DNA of 64,000 nucleotides, from positions 8,537,524 to 8,601,523 of the forward strand of contig NC_057750.1 in the NCBI RefSeq assembly GCF_004010195.1, written 5' to 3'. Numbering within the stretch: the first letter of the stretch is position 1; each line of letters opens with the position of its first letter. The notes under the pieces were generated by a model. That model was not told the DNA's origin, did no database searches, and saw only the letters and a program-made list of their open reading frames with translations. This stretch comes from Chiloscyllium plagiosum (lineage: Eukaryota). A program made the position numbers and the translations under genes. Below, piece after piece: positions 49,010 through 61,585 of this stretch.

Positions 49010-49250
49010 GGCCAAGCAAATGAGGTCTTTGCCAGGCAGGAGAATTCCAGGAAAGGCAAGGAAGCTCTAGACTAGACAAATAGTGTTATAGAGAAGGCAG
49101 GTTGGTTCCAGGCAGATGAGAGAGCTGTAGGTCAAGCAAGAGATTCCAGATCAAGCAAGAACGTTCTAAACCAGGCATGGGATCTCCAAATCAAGCACGG
49201 GTGTCCTAGATCAGCCAAAGGAGTTATAGGCCAGGCAAGTATCCTAAGCC
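49010..49250. repeat. Degenerate ~20-bp minisatellite, ~12 units
   Basis: Units such as ggtcaagcaagagattcca, gatcaagcaagaacgttcta, aaccaggcatgggatctcca. Confidence 0.6.
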
Positions 49251-49679
49251 TCCAAAGAATTTCAACTTTCTTTTTAAAAAATATTGCACAATGGTCCACT
49301 TGCTCAGGGCAGTGACAGGGCCATTGATAGAGAGGTGTGAAAATGGGTAACTGGGTGGTGCCCCTTTCCCCATGGATAGGATGTCACTGGATGTTAATCA
49401 ATTCTAACCAAGCTGCTTAAATAGTGGTTATGAGACATAGGCTTTCTTTGTGTACAGAGTTTATTGACTATATCAGTCCAACAATTCCATCCCACAATCC
49501 CAGGCTGTTCCCTCTTTACATAATGAAAAAGGTATTTTGAATATATTTGTGCAGACACATCATGACACACATCATGGGCAGGCAGGTTTGGACCTTGGGC
49601 AGAAGTAAGACACCATCACCAATCTTTAAGCCCTTTTTGATATCCAGACACCAGTTAATCAACTATCAGCCTTCAATGA

Positions 49680-49882
49680 AAACCAAAGGAACTGCAGATG
49701 CTATAAATTAGAAACAAAAAATAAGTTGTTTGAAAAGCTCAGCAAGTCTGGCAGCATCTGTGAAGAGAAATCAAAGTTAATGTTCTAAGGGAGGGTCACC
49801 GGACCCAAAACATTAACTTTAATTTGTCTTCACGGATGCTGACAGACCTGCTGAGCTTTTTCAGCAACTTCTGTTTTTGTTC
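49680..49882. mobile_element. Old palindromic PLE pLTR insertion (P3)
   Basis: aaaagctcagcaagtctggcagcatctgtgaaga...aagttaatgtt versus aacattaacttt...tcttcacggatgctgacagacctgctgagctttt; decayed HHR at the junction. Confidence 0.8.
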
Positions 49883-50584
49883 CATCATTTTACCTAGTTA
49901 TTATATCAATACTTGAGACATGCCTGAAGTAGCGCATTGTGCCTGTCTTGCCATTGTCATGCTGGTGTGGTGCCCTCTTGCTGACTCTATTCCCATAGTT
50001 GTCAGGGTCATGACCAAATGAATTTCAGAGCCTGTATCTCCCCTGATATTAATCTACCTCACTCATACTGTCACCTTAAAAAGCCCATCTTAACAATTTA
50101 CCTAGTGCCATATCACTGTTAATGTAGAAATATAATATAGGAAGAGAAATATTGTTGAATAAAGGAGACATGATGTCAAAGTGCTTATCAAGACAGATGC
50201 AAGAATGCCAAATTTCAAAGGGAGCAACAATTTATACTGTATCACAAAAGGTGTTGATTGATTGGCCAGTCAGCTGCAATTGGTTGAGATCCTGCCATTG
50301 AGAATGCAACACAAAACTATTGACCCCAATTTTTATTTAATTCAAACAGCTCAAGGCCTGGACATGTTCCTTTACCCTTCAGAGAACAGGTCCCTGCATG
50401 TTGATTTATGAGTTTCTAGTGAGCATAGCTAAGCCAAATTCCCAGAAGCATTTGATTTGATGGTCTCCAAGACATTATCTGGACCTCTGGATTAATAATC
50501 TTGTGATAATACCATTGGGCCGTCACCTTCCCTGTATTTGTGGAAAGCTAGTTAAAGCTGTAACATTCAAATTACACAGAAAAT

Positions 50585-51398
50585 TAAATTTAATTTAGAT
50601 AAATGAGAGATGCTGCATTTTGGGAAAGCAAACCTTAGCAGGACTTATACACTTAATGGTAAGGTTCCAGGGAGTGTTGCTGAATAAAGAGACCTTGGAG
50701 TGCAGGTTCATAGCTCCTTGAAAGTAGAGTCACAGGTAGATAGGATAGTGAAGGGGGCATTTGGTATGCTTTCCTTTATTGGTCAGAGTATTGAATGCAG
50801 GAGTTGGGAGGCCATATTGCAGTTGTACAGGACATTGGTTAGGCCACTTTTTGGAATATTGCGTGCAATTCTGGTCTTCCTATTGGAAGGATGTTGTGAA
50901 ACTTGAAAGGGTTCAGAAAAGATTTACAAGGATGTTGCCAGGGTTGGAGGATTTGAGCTTCAGGGACAAGTTGAATAGGCTAGGGCTGTTTTCTCTGGAG
51001 CATCAGAGGCTGAGGGGTTACCTTATAGAGGTTTATAACATCATGAGGGACATGGATAGGATAACTAGACAAGGTCTTTTCCCTGGGGTGGGGGAGTCCA
51101 GAACTTGAGGGCATAGGTTTAAGGTGAGAGGGGAAAGATATAAAAGAGACCTAAGAGGTAACATTTTCACGCAGAGGTTTGTGCATGTGTGGAATGGGCT
51201 GCCAGAGGAAGTGGTGAAGGCTAGTACAATTGCAACATTTAAGAGGCATCTGGATGTGTATATGAACAGGAAGGGTTTTGAGGGATATGGGCCGGGTGCT
51301 GGCAGGTGGGTCTAGATTGGGTTGGGATATCTGGGTCGGCATAGGCAAGTTGGACTGAAGGGTCTGTTTCCATGCTGTACATCTCTATGGCTCTATGA
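50585..51398 (+). mobile_element. CR1 ORF2 3' part with UTR
   Basis: LEYCVQFWSSYWKDVVKLERVQKRFTRMLPG...HVWNGLPEEVV. Confidence 0.93.
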
Positions 51399-52851
51399 CC
51401 AAAATAATAAATATGAAATACTAAAAGAATTCAGTTTTAAAGAGGACCCCAGTTTCCAACGTAGTAAACACGAGGCTGGCAGGTGGGATGAGTTTAGTTT
51501 GGGATTATGATGGATTGTTTGGACTGAAGGGTCTGTTTCTGTGCTGTATAACTCTATAAGAAGAAACTATTTCCATTAGAAAGGTGCTTGGAAACCAGAG
51601 GAAATAGATTTTAAAGTATTTGTCGTAAGTATAGGAGGAGAGTTGAGAAGAATTCAGTTTTTGCAGCAATCTCTTACCTGAAAGGGTGGCAGAAAAATGA
51701 TTGGATGAATATACTAAGGGCAGGATCTTTTGGAGAAGGAGAGAGATCAAAGGCTACTTACATTGCGCATTCAAAGAAGCATCTTAGGAACAAAGGGTTA
51801 AATGGCCTCTAGCCGTGCCCTGTAATATAATGTCAACTATGTATCAAAAATGTTTTATTGGTTATGGAGATTACAAAAGGTGCTTTATAAATGCAAGTCC
51901 TGTTTTTGATTTGAAGACTTTTTAAAAAATGAAACAGTTGATAGAAAAATGAAAAGGACAACAAAATATGTGCCTTCCCTTTCATTTTGTTTCTTTTCTC
52001 CGTACACCTTCACCTCCTCCCTTTCAGCATAGAAGAACTGGGCTATTTTGAACAGGAACATACGCGGTTTGGAGCACAATACAGAGTGGTGACAGTTAAT
52101 TGTCAGGGTAATAAATGGAATAATATCCCAACTAGTCATCAAGAGGGGAAGTGTTTGAATGGAGGGAAATAGTCATTAGAATCAACAGTGAGTTGTAAAT
52201 CAATGCAGACCTCGAGTGTCACTCTGTGAGAGTGCTGCATTGTCCTAGTGCCACCTATAAGATTTTAGATCAGAAAATTATCCCTCAAATCGTTTAAAGA
52301 ATCCAAAAGAACATGTGTTTATCTAGCACCATTTATGAATGTGGCATTTTACAATCAATGATGGTCTTTTTGAAAAAAACACAATGGCCAGTTGCTGCAC
52401 AAAATGGTCCCACAAACAGCAATCAAATAAGGCTGCATCTGCTAACATCGAGGAGCACATGAGAACTAGGAGCAGGAGTAGTCCATTCAGCCCCTCGGGT
52501 CTTCTCTGCCATTTGATACAGCTGTGGCTGATCTCATCTCAGCCTTAACACCACTTTCCTGGTCACTCTCCATAACCCTTCAATCTGTTACTAATTAAAA
52601 ATCTGCGCTCGCAGTAGTAGTGATAGCTCATAAACACATTTAAACAAAGACTGACAAATACTTAATAAGTACCTAATAATGAAAGAAAATTAATGAAAGT
52701 ATATTGGGTAAGAAAAATAAAGTAGAACTTTAATTTTAATTTATAAAAATTGGTTTAATATTGCACATTAAGAAATAGTTGGTGGAGAAGAGGTGCAGTC
52801 AGGAATCGTGCATTAAATAAATTATCAGATCATCTGTTTCTGCACAGAGTG

Positions 52852-52985
52852 CTGAGGAAGAATCATAATGGGCTCGAAATATTAACTCTGTTTCTCTCTC
52901 CACGGATGCTACCAGACCTGCTGAGTTTATCTGACAATTTCTGTATTTGTTTCAGATTTCCAGCATCTGCTGTTCTTTATTTTTT
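52852..52985 (+). mobile_element. Old pLTR (P3) beginning at the HHR core
   Basis: ctgaggaagaatc...ctcgaaatattaactctgtttctctctccacggatgctaccagacctgctgag. Confidence 0.7.
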
Positions 52986-53559
52986 GTTACATCTGTTTTA
53001 GATGAGGGATAAATGTAGTGAGGGATATAATTTATAAACACTCCAGCCAGTTTGCACATGAACAACATTGTGATAATGGCCCAAGAATCTGTGGTTGTTG
53101 TTTGAGTGACAAACCTTGACAAGATCACAGAGGAGAGAACATTTCCACTTTACTTTTGAGACTGGGCTTCTTGGAATAATGTCTGCTCCTAAAACTGGCC
53201 CTCCCAGAGTGCATTCCTCTCTCTGGAGTGGGGCTTTTCTCATGCCACCAGAGTTCTACCCACTGAGCCATGCCTGACACCACTTGGGAGAAATTTTCTG
53301 TATGATTTGGGCATTGGATGGTTATTTAGATAGCAATGGTGTTCAGGAATATAACAAAGAGACAGGGGATTAGCACTAGATTATAGAGCTGTTGCACGTT
53401 TGACGGGCTGAATGGCTTTCTTCTCCACTAATAATTCTGTGATGACGTGATCCAGAATCCACTATTCACCACCCAGTGAAGGCATATTGCTGTGGGATCT
53501 TGCCATGTCCCAGTCAGTGACCATGTTTGCCTCCATAACTTCTGAAACTATCTCCTCAG

Positions 53560-53885
53560 CTATAGACCAAATTGATTTTTTTCTGAGGTGCGGGAGTCCA
53601 GAACTAGAGGTCCTAGGTTTAGGGTGAGAGGTGAAAAATTTAAAAGGGATCTAAAGGGCAACTTTTCACGTGGGGGGTGGTGTATGTATGGATTGAGCTG
53701 CCAGAGGAAGTGGTGGAGGCCGGTACAATTTAAAAGGCATCTGGATGCACATATAAATAGGAGGGGTTTAGAGGGATATGGGCTAACTGCTGGCAAGTGG
53801 GACTAGATTAGGTTAGGATATCTGGTTGGCATGGACAAGTTGGACCGAATGGTCTATTTCCGTGCTGTACATCTCTGACTCTCCA
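53560..53885 (+). mobile_element. CR1 3' end
   Basis: ESRTRGPRFRVRGEKFKRDL and UTR. Confidence 0.85.
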
Positions 53886-54450
53886 TGCAAAAGGTTCTTT
53901 ATTATAAATGCAAACACTTCCACTCACAGGCCAATTCTCACAAAGTAATAAGCGGACAACAGCAGCAACTTGCATTTATCTAGAGCCTCTAATGCAGTAT
54001 AACCATTTCCCCAGGCATTTCATCAGCATTGTATCAGACAATTTTGACATAGAGCCAGTTAAGGAGAGGTTATAAATAATTATGCTGGAAATACTCAGTG
54101 GGTCCGGCAGCATCTGTGGTGGGGAGAAAGAGAGTTCACATTTACAGTTGATGACCTTTTGTCAGAACTGATTAGGAAGAATGCTGAAATTGGTAGCTTT
54201 AAGGTCTCTTAAAGAGGAAAGATTAGGGAGGGAAATTCCAGAGCTTAGGTCTGAAGAAAAGGCTGGGAAAGATGGGATGTGAAGAACCGAGATGGCAAAG
54301 AGACCAGATTTGGAGGAGCGATCTGTGGGAGACTGCAGAGTTGGGAGTGGGGGTGGAGGCAGGAGAATGGGATGGAGGTGATGTGAGGATTTGACAATAA
54401 GGATGATAACCTTTTTACTTGATGTGTTGCCAGACCAGAAGCCAGTGTAG

Positions 54451-55574
54451 GAGGAAGTGAGGACTGCAGCTGCTGGAGAATCAGAGTTGAAAAGTGTGGT
54501 GCTAGAAAAGCACAGCGGGTCAGGCAGAATCTAACGAGCAGGAGAGTTAACATTTCGGACATAAGCCCTTCATCAGGAATGTGGAGGAGGAAGGGGGCTG
54601 AGAGATAAATAGGGGGCTGGGGGTTTGGGCTGGAGCTGGGGGGAAGGTAGGCAGGAAAGCAATAGGTGGGTGCACGGGAGCTAATTGTGATAGGTTGGTG
54701 GGGAGGGTGAAGCGGATAGGTGGAAAATGAGATGGGCTGGTCAAGAGGACGGTGCCGAATTGGAGGGTTAGATGTGGGATGAGGTGGGGGAAGGAGAGAT
54801 GTGGAAACTGGTGAAGTCGATGTCGATGCTGTGTGGTCAGAGGGTCCCGAGGTGGAAGATGAGGCATTTATGTTTAGATTAGATTACCTACAGTGCAGAA
54901 ACAGGCTATTTGGTACACCAAGTCCACACCGACCCTTCGGTTCTTCCTCCAATTGGTAGATGGCTTTGATTTGGAGGAATCTGGCAGAGACTTTCCTGCA
55001 TGCCAACTACGTCCATTGCTCTTGATGTGGTCTCCTCTACATCAGGGAGACAAAATGCCAACTCGCGGAGCGGTTCAGGAAACATCTCCGGGATGCATGC
55101 ACCAAACAACTCCACTGCCCTGTGGCCAACCATTTTAACTCCCATTCCCATTCCCTTTAGGACATGCACATCCTGGGCCTCCTCCACCGCTAAATCAAAG
55201 CCAACAGGAGGAAGGATGCCTTATCTTCAGCCTTGGGACCCTACAACCACACAGCATCAACATTGACTTCACTAGTTTCCAAATATTCCCTCCCCTCCAC
55301 CTTATCCCAGATCCAACCCTCCAACTCGCACCACCCTCTTTACCTGCCCTACCTGTCCATCTTCCTTCCCACCCCTATCTGCTTCACCCTCCCTACCCAC
55401 CTATCACAATTCCCTCCCACTTGCATCCACCTATCACTTTCCCACCTCCCTTCCCCCATCACCCTATATATCTCAGTCCCCTCCCCCCTCCACATTCCTG
55501 ATTAAACATCGCCTCTCCTGCTGCTGAGATTCTGCCTGACCTGCTGTGCTTTTCCAGTGCCACACTTTTTGACT
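54451..55574. mobile_element. Inverted PLE (minus arm plus a plus arm with GIY-YIG remnant) inserted in an L2
   Basis: Flanks cagtgtag (54443-54450) and cagtatag (55575-55582); plus arm encodes HCS*CGLLYIRETKCQLAERFRKHL; a small CR1/HE1 tail is inserted at ~54868-54935. Confidence 0.85.
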
Positions 55575-56964
55575 CAGTATAGTTTACAGTAACATAGGGA
55601 TAAGCCATGGAGGGAAAGGGAATCGCAAAGACCCACCTCCTAAACTGTCTCTTAAACTGTGAATTTCAGGCTCAGCTGTGAGGTTGTATGAAGCCTCCAG
55701 AAAGATTGAGGAACAGGATTTAGTGGCAGAATCTGAAGTAAAGCACCTAAGTTGCACTGGAGGTCTACAGAGGCCTGGTCTTTGCAAAGTTAAACCAGTG
55801 CTCGGCAAATTATACCCATTAATCCATTGTCTAACTGAGAGCAGAAACTTGCACGTTGACATTTATGTGTGAGCTTCTCTGAATGGAGATGGATTAGGCT
55901 AATTAGTGTTGGAGAGTAGTCATTATGATTGTCTTTTTAGGCTGTAGGCTAATTGCGCAGAGTGGCATGTGGAAATAATTCTTAAACTGTAATTCATCAA
56001 CTACCAAGCATATCCTATGAGTTATTGCCAAATCTATTGTTAGGCTGTAGATATTATAAATGGCGCAATTCTGAAAAATTAACCACAATTGTGTTAGAGT
56101 GGTAGAGTGGGGTTCTTTTACATTAAATTTTCACTTGAAGTTTTTCATTTTGAAAAGCCCATTAGCCTTCGTACTGTAAATGGAATCAATCCAGAGCTCA
56201 AAGTGAAAGGACAAGGAGCACTGCGTTATCCCCGCAAACGTGAGGTAATCCAGAATGCGACTGTCCACGTCCAACCTGCGCAGTTCACTCTTACGTCTTT
56301 TCGGAGGCAATACCTTGGGGTGCTGAGGATGAATTTTGGCCACGCCCTAACTGTGGGTGCTGGACACTGCAGTGGGGGGAGGGGGGGGGTGTCTGTTAGT
56401 GTTTGAAGTATAATGCTTGGGATTTCGCATGTTCCTTTCGTTTCACCTCATTCGGGCCTGTCGGAGAAAGGAGCAAAAGGATTGTCTCCTTCACAATTGC
56501 TTCTTCTCCACATTGGCTGGTCTCGCCCTAGAGATTCCACGATACGATGTGGATCTTGCATTTTCCTGGGCCGGACTTAAGGACATCCATGGAGCTTTCT
56601 TCTGCCCCTTCTCGCTAATTTATAGTGACAAAGCTCGAAATGGACAGTGCATTTTGAGATTCACCTGTCAGCTCCAAGTCTGGCAATACCTCGATTTTAT
56701 GATTCTCAACTCTGTTCATCCCTCCCTCCATTGTCTCATCCCTTCCTACCGGTGAAAAGTTTTGAGTGCCACGATCCTTTTGAAATCCCTGTGCTCTTCC
56801 AATTTAGGCCTCGTCCCAGGCGTTGCCCTCTGATGCGCATTATTCAGGCAAGCCTTCTGCTAAATTATTAATAGCAAAATATTGCGGATGCTGGAGATCT
56901 GAAACAGAACACAGAATTCTGGAGAAACAAACAGGTCTGGCAGCATCTGTAGAGAGAGAGAAAC

Positions 56965-59485
56965 CTTTTTTTATTCATTCATGGGTCCTTCTGGCTAGGT
57001 CAGCATGTATTGCCTATCCCTAATTGCTCAGAGGCCACCCCTACCACCCCAGCTCTGCAGTCACATGTAGGCAGAGTTCCTTGTAAAGGGCATTAGTGAA
57101 CCAGATGGGTTATTCCCTGACACTGGTCAACATTAGACTCTTAATTCTAGATTTTTGTTATTGAATTTAAAGTCCACCATTTGCCATGGCACTTTTTGAA
57201 TCTCAGACTGAGGTACCCAGAACATTTCCTGGGTCTCTGGATTAATAGTTGAGAGTGAGGTGTTGGAAAAACACAGCAGGTCAGGCAGCATCCAAGGAGC
57301 AGGAGAATCAACATTTCGGGCATAAGCCCTTCATGAGGAGTGAGAGATAAATGGGAGAGGGGGAGTGGGGCTGGAGGGAAGGTAGCTGAGAGTGCGATAG
57401 ATAGATGAAGGTGGGGTAGTGGCGATAGGTTGGAGAGGAGGGTGGAGCGGGTAGGTGGGAAGGAAGGTGGACAGATAGGACAGGTCATGAGGGCGGTGCC
57501 AACTTGGAAGATTGAATCTGGGATAAGATGGGAGGAGGGAAAATGAGGAAACTGATGAAATCCACATTAATCCCAAGAGGTTGGAGGGTTCCAAGGAGGT
57601 AAATAAGGTGTTCTTGCTCCAGGTGTCAGGTGGTTCGGGTTTGGCAATGAATGAGGCCCAGCACCTGCATGTCCTTGGCAGAGTGGGAGAGGGAGTTGAA
57701 ATGTTCGGCCACGGGGTGGTGGGGTCACTTCATGCGTGTGTCCTGGAGATGTTCTCTGAAGCATTCTGCAAGTAGGTATCCTGACTCTCCAATGTAGAAC
57801 GCACTGGAACAACGGATACAGTAAATGACGTGTGGAAGTGCAGGTGAATCTCTGATGGATGTGGAAGGTTTCTTTGGGGCCTTGGACAGAGGTGAGGTGG
57901 TGCGGTGTGGGCGCAGGTTTTGCAATTCCTGCGGTGGTAGTGCCGGGCGGGGAGGGTGGGCTGGTTAGTGGCGTGGACCTGACAAGGGAGTACAGACCAA
58001 AGGGGTAGCCATGGGCCCCAGCTATGCCTGTCTCTTCATCAAGTATGTGGAACAGTCGATCTTCCGCAGCTACACTGGCACCATTCCCACCTTTTCCTCC
58101 ACTACATTGATGACTGTATTGGCGCCACCTAGTGCTCCCACGAGCAAGTTGAACAGTTCATCAATTTCACCAACACATTCCACTCTGACTTTAAGTTCAC
58201 CTGGAGCATCTTGGACACCTCTCCTCCCACCCCCACTCCTGGACCTCTCCATCTCTATCAACGGTGACAGACTCAAAACAGACATCTTCTACAAGCCCAT
58301 CAACTCCCACAGCTACCTGGACTACACCTCCTCCCACCCTGCCTCCTGTAAAAATGCTATCCTTTATTTCCAATTCATCCAACTCCAGCACATCTGCTCC
58401 CAGGAGGGCCAGTTTCACTACAGAACACATCAGATGGCTTCCTCCTTCAAAGGCCGTAATTTCCTCTCCCACGTGGTCGATGATGCCTTCTAGCGCATCT
58501 CATCCACTTCCTGCACCTCTGCCCTCAAACCCCGTCCCTCTAACCACAACGAAGACAGAACCCACGGTCCTCACCTTCCATCCACCAACCTCTGGATGCA
58601 TCGCATCATCCTTTTGCATTTCTGTCATCTACAAACAGACCCCACCACCAGAGATATATTTCCCTCCCCACCCCTATCTGCATTCCATATAAACCATTCC
58701 CTCCGTGGCTCCCTTGTCAGATCCACGTCCCCAACCTGCAAAACCTGCGCCCACACCTTCCCCCCCCCTCACCTCCGTCCAAGGCCCCAAAGGAGCCTTC
58801 CATATCCATCAAAGATTTACCTGCACTTCCACACATGTCATTTACTGTATCCATTGCTCCTGATGCAGTCTCCTTTGCATTGGGGAGACAGGACGCCTTC
58901 TTTCAGAACATTTCAGAGAATATCTCCGGGACACATGCACGAAGCAACCCCACCGCCCCATGGCCGAACACTTTAACTTGCCCTCCCATTCTGCCAAGGA
59001 CATGCAGATGATGTCCTCCACCACCAAACCCAAACCACCCAACTCATCTTCCGCCTCGGGACCCTCCAACCACATGGGATTAATGTGGATTTCATGAGTT
59101 TTCTTATTTCCCCTCTCCCCACCTTATCCCAGATCCATCCTTCCAACGCAGCACCACCCTCATGATCTGTGCTACCTGTCCATCTTCCTTCCCACCTATC
59201 CGTTCCTCTCTGACCTATCACCATTACCCCCACCTTCATCTACCTATCATATTCTCAGCTACCTTCCCCCTCCCCCCACTTATCTCTCAGCCCCTGGCTC
59301 ACAAGTATCATTCCTGATGAAGGGCTTATGCCCGAAGCGTCATTTCTGCTGCTCCTTGGATGCTGCCTGACCTGCTGTGCTTTACCAGTACCGTACTCGA
59401 CTCTTGATCTCCAGCATCTGCAGTCCTCACTTTCTTTCTGGATTAGTAGTCTAGCAATAATACCAGAAGATCACCACCTCCCCTG
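56965..59485 (-). mobile_element. SINE family B split by a 2.2-kb PLE
   Basis: Body at 56965-57249, head resumes at 59437-59485. Confidence 0.75.
57250..59436. mobile_element. 2.2-kb inverted PLE (Neptune-like): RT C-half, Cys linker, GIY-YIG and pLTRs
   Basis: QTKGVAMGPSYACLF, YIDD at 58103-58114, LDLSI, TDIFYKP...YLDYTSSHP, TCKTCAH, HVIYCI.C...IGETG; TSD tctggatta(a/g)tagt at 57236-57249 and 59437-59450. Confidence 0.92.
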
Positions 59486-60149
59486 TATTAATGCAGAATT
59501 TAATATTTCAAGTCTGAAATGACTTCTTCAGACCTCATATCACACTTGAAACTTTAACTATTTCTCACTCCACAGATATTGCCAGACCTGCTGAGTTTTT
59601 CCAGTGTTCTTAGTATTCGTTCTAGTTCTTAGTTTGCTGTTTGTTAAATTTGTTTTGATGAACTAGTCAGTGCATCTGTATGATTCAAAGTCATCCATAC
59701 CCCTATTTCTCACCTCACCTCCACCCAAACTCGGATCTCAAAAGGCAAAAGCTCCAGGGGACAACAAAGAGACCATTCTTCAAAGAGACTCTGAAGTTCT
59801 CCTTAAAGTGAAGTAGCATTGACTTTTACATTCACTCAGAATGGTGACAACTTGTTCATTGAGCTATGTCATGTTTGGAGATCCAACACCTAATGGTGAG
59901 GCATAGCAGCATCATGTCCCACTCACCCTCGGTATATCGGACATCTATCCCCATGTGTCCACAGATCTGTAAGTTGAGAATCAACCTGCTCAGGCACATG
60001 AAAATTCACAACAGAAACTTGTGACACCCACCACCACCATTATCCTTGAACTGAGGAATGGTCACTGCCAACTATGTATTTAGAATCTCAAGTCTTTGTA
60101 GTCAGACCTTCTTTGTTGATGTTGACTGTGGTCTGGTGGAGACTTGCTT

Positions 60150-60340
60150 AGAGAAATTCAAAAGGCAGACAGCTAGGGAAGATCATGAGAGGGAGGAAAG
60201 GGTGGTTGGAGATGGGCAATGATTTGTGAATGAATGCAGAGGTGTTGAAGTGAGTTTTGTGAAGAGAATGGTGGTGGTGACATTAAAGGGAGTAGGACAG
60301 TTCCTGAGGGAAGATGAACCAGCATATAGTCAGCAGCAAT
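60150..60340 (-). mobile_element. Old L2 RT fragment
   Basis: Antisense SSLRNCPTPF / HCPSPTTLSSL region resembles L2 SL..G.VP..FK...NYRPISNLPFLSK across frameshifts. Confidence 0.5.
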
Positions 60341-60729
60341 TCCCACAGTATATTAATAATTTTTAAAAAATTCATAAATCCAATTGCCACACATCATTGG
60401 TTCTGATAAGGTATATGACATTGGGCCACAAAAAAAGCACCAAAATAGGCCATCCGGCCCCACTGATCTATGCCAGATTCGTACTCCACACCTCTCCTCC
60501 CACCCTACCGCATCTCGCCTATCAACATATCCTATTACTTTCTGCCTTGTGATTATCTTACTTTTCATTCATACATCTCGGCCAATGGCTTCAACCACTT
60601 ATTTTGGAAGCCAGTTTTATATTCTGTCCAGTCAGGGGGTGTTTGGAAGTCTCTCCTGAATTTCTATTTTCAAACTAATAGCATTTGCTGTAAGACTGCA
60701 CTAAAAACCCTTGCATCACCTTGATTTCT

Positions 60730-60930
60730 GTTAGTTCAGTTGGCTGGATGGATGGTTTGTGATGTAGAGTCATGCCAACATATCTTAGCCATTCCTGTAC
60801 TGGGTGAGGTTACCTTGAAGGTTCTGCATTCTCAATTCTCACCCCTTGCCTGAGGTATTATGACCCTCAGGTTAAAGTCACTGCCTGTCGTCTCTTTCTG
60901 ATGAGTGAGTGGGACCATGGTGACTAGATT
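60730..60930 (+). mobile_element. SINE family C
   Basis: ttagttcagttggctggatgg...gaggttacc...gaccctcaggttaaa. Confidence 0.72.
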
Positions 60931-61069
60931 TAATCTTTTTGCACACTCTATGTTTGTTTTCTTACATGGAGACCAGAACTGTGTTGTATTCCAAGTGTGA
61001 TCAAAGTAACATCTAACATAAACCTTTATAATTCTTCAACTGACCCCCTAATCCATAGGTGGAGGTGGG

Positions 61070-61195
61070 TACTGCAGAAGATGGAGATTAGAGTCAAGCT
61101 TAGAGTGGTGCAGGAAAAACACAGCGGGTCAGGCAGAATCCGAGGAGCAGGAAAATCGACGTTTCAGGCAAAAGCCCCACTCTAATCTTGACCCT
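61070..61195. mobile_element. Short inverted PLE pLTR insertion
   Basis: Minus arm ends in HHR stem II (gcaaaagccc), followed by short inverted cactctaatcttgac. Confidence 0.72.
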
Positions 61196-61494
61196 AGATC
61201 TATAGCACAGCTATGTATGTAGAAACATCCACAGCACATTCATTTATGAAAACTTTACACAGCACCCTCTAGAGTCCCCAACCAGCAGAAATAAGACTAC
61301 CTCTGTCAGTGCTGTGTGTTCATCATCATATCTTTAATCCAATGTTTCTAAGTTACAGGGATTACAATACCAGTTACAAGATCATGAGAAGCCCAAGTGT
61401 CATTGTTGGACAGGTGTTTTAGGGGCTTGTGTGAAAGTGAAAGTTGCCATTGTTCCAGAGGACCATAGACTGCCATCACTTTAGGGAGAAAGCC

Positions 61495-61585
61495 AGAAGT
61501 CACATGACACCAAGTTACAGTCCAACAGGTTTACACTATTTAAAATCACAAGCTTTTGGAGCGCTGCTCCTTCGTCAGGTGAAAT
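61495..61585 (-). mobile_element. PLE pLTR family P4 inside an antisense SINE C
   Basis: Antisense ttcacctgacgaaggagcagcgctccaaaagcttgtga...acctgttggactgtaacttggtgtcatgtgacttct. Confidence 0.7.
61546..61582 (-). ncRNA. Minimal hammerhead ribozyme motif (G12 mutated to A)
   Basis: ucacCUGACGA a ggagc-agc-gcucc (a)AAAG CUU guga; stem I ucac/guga. Confidence 0.62.
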
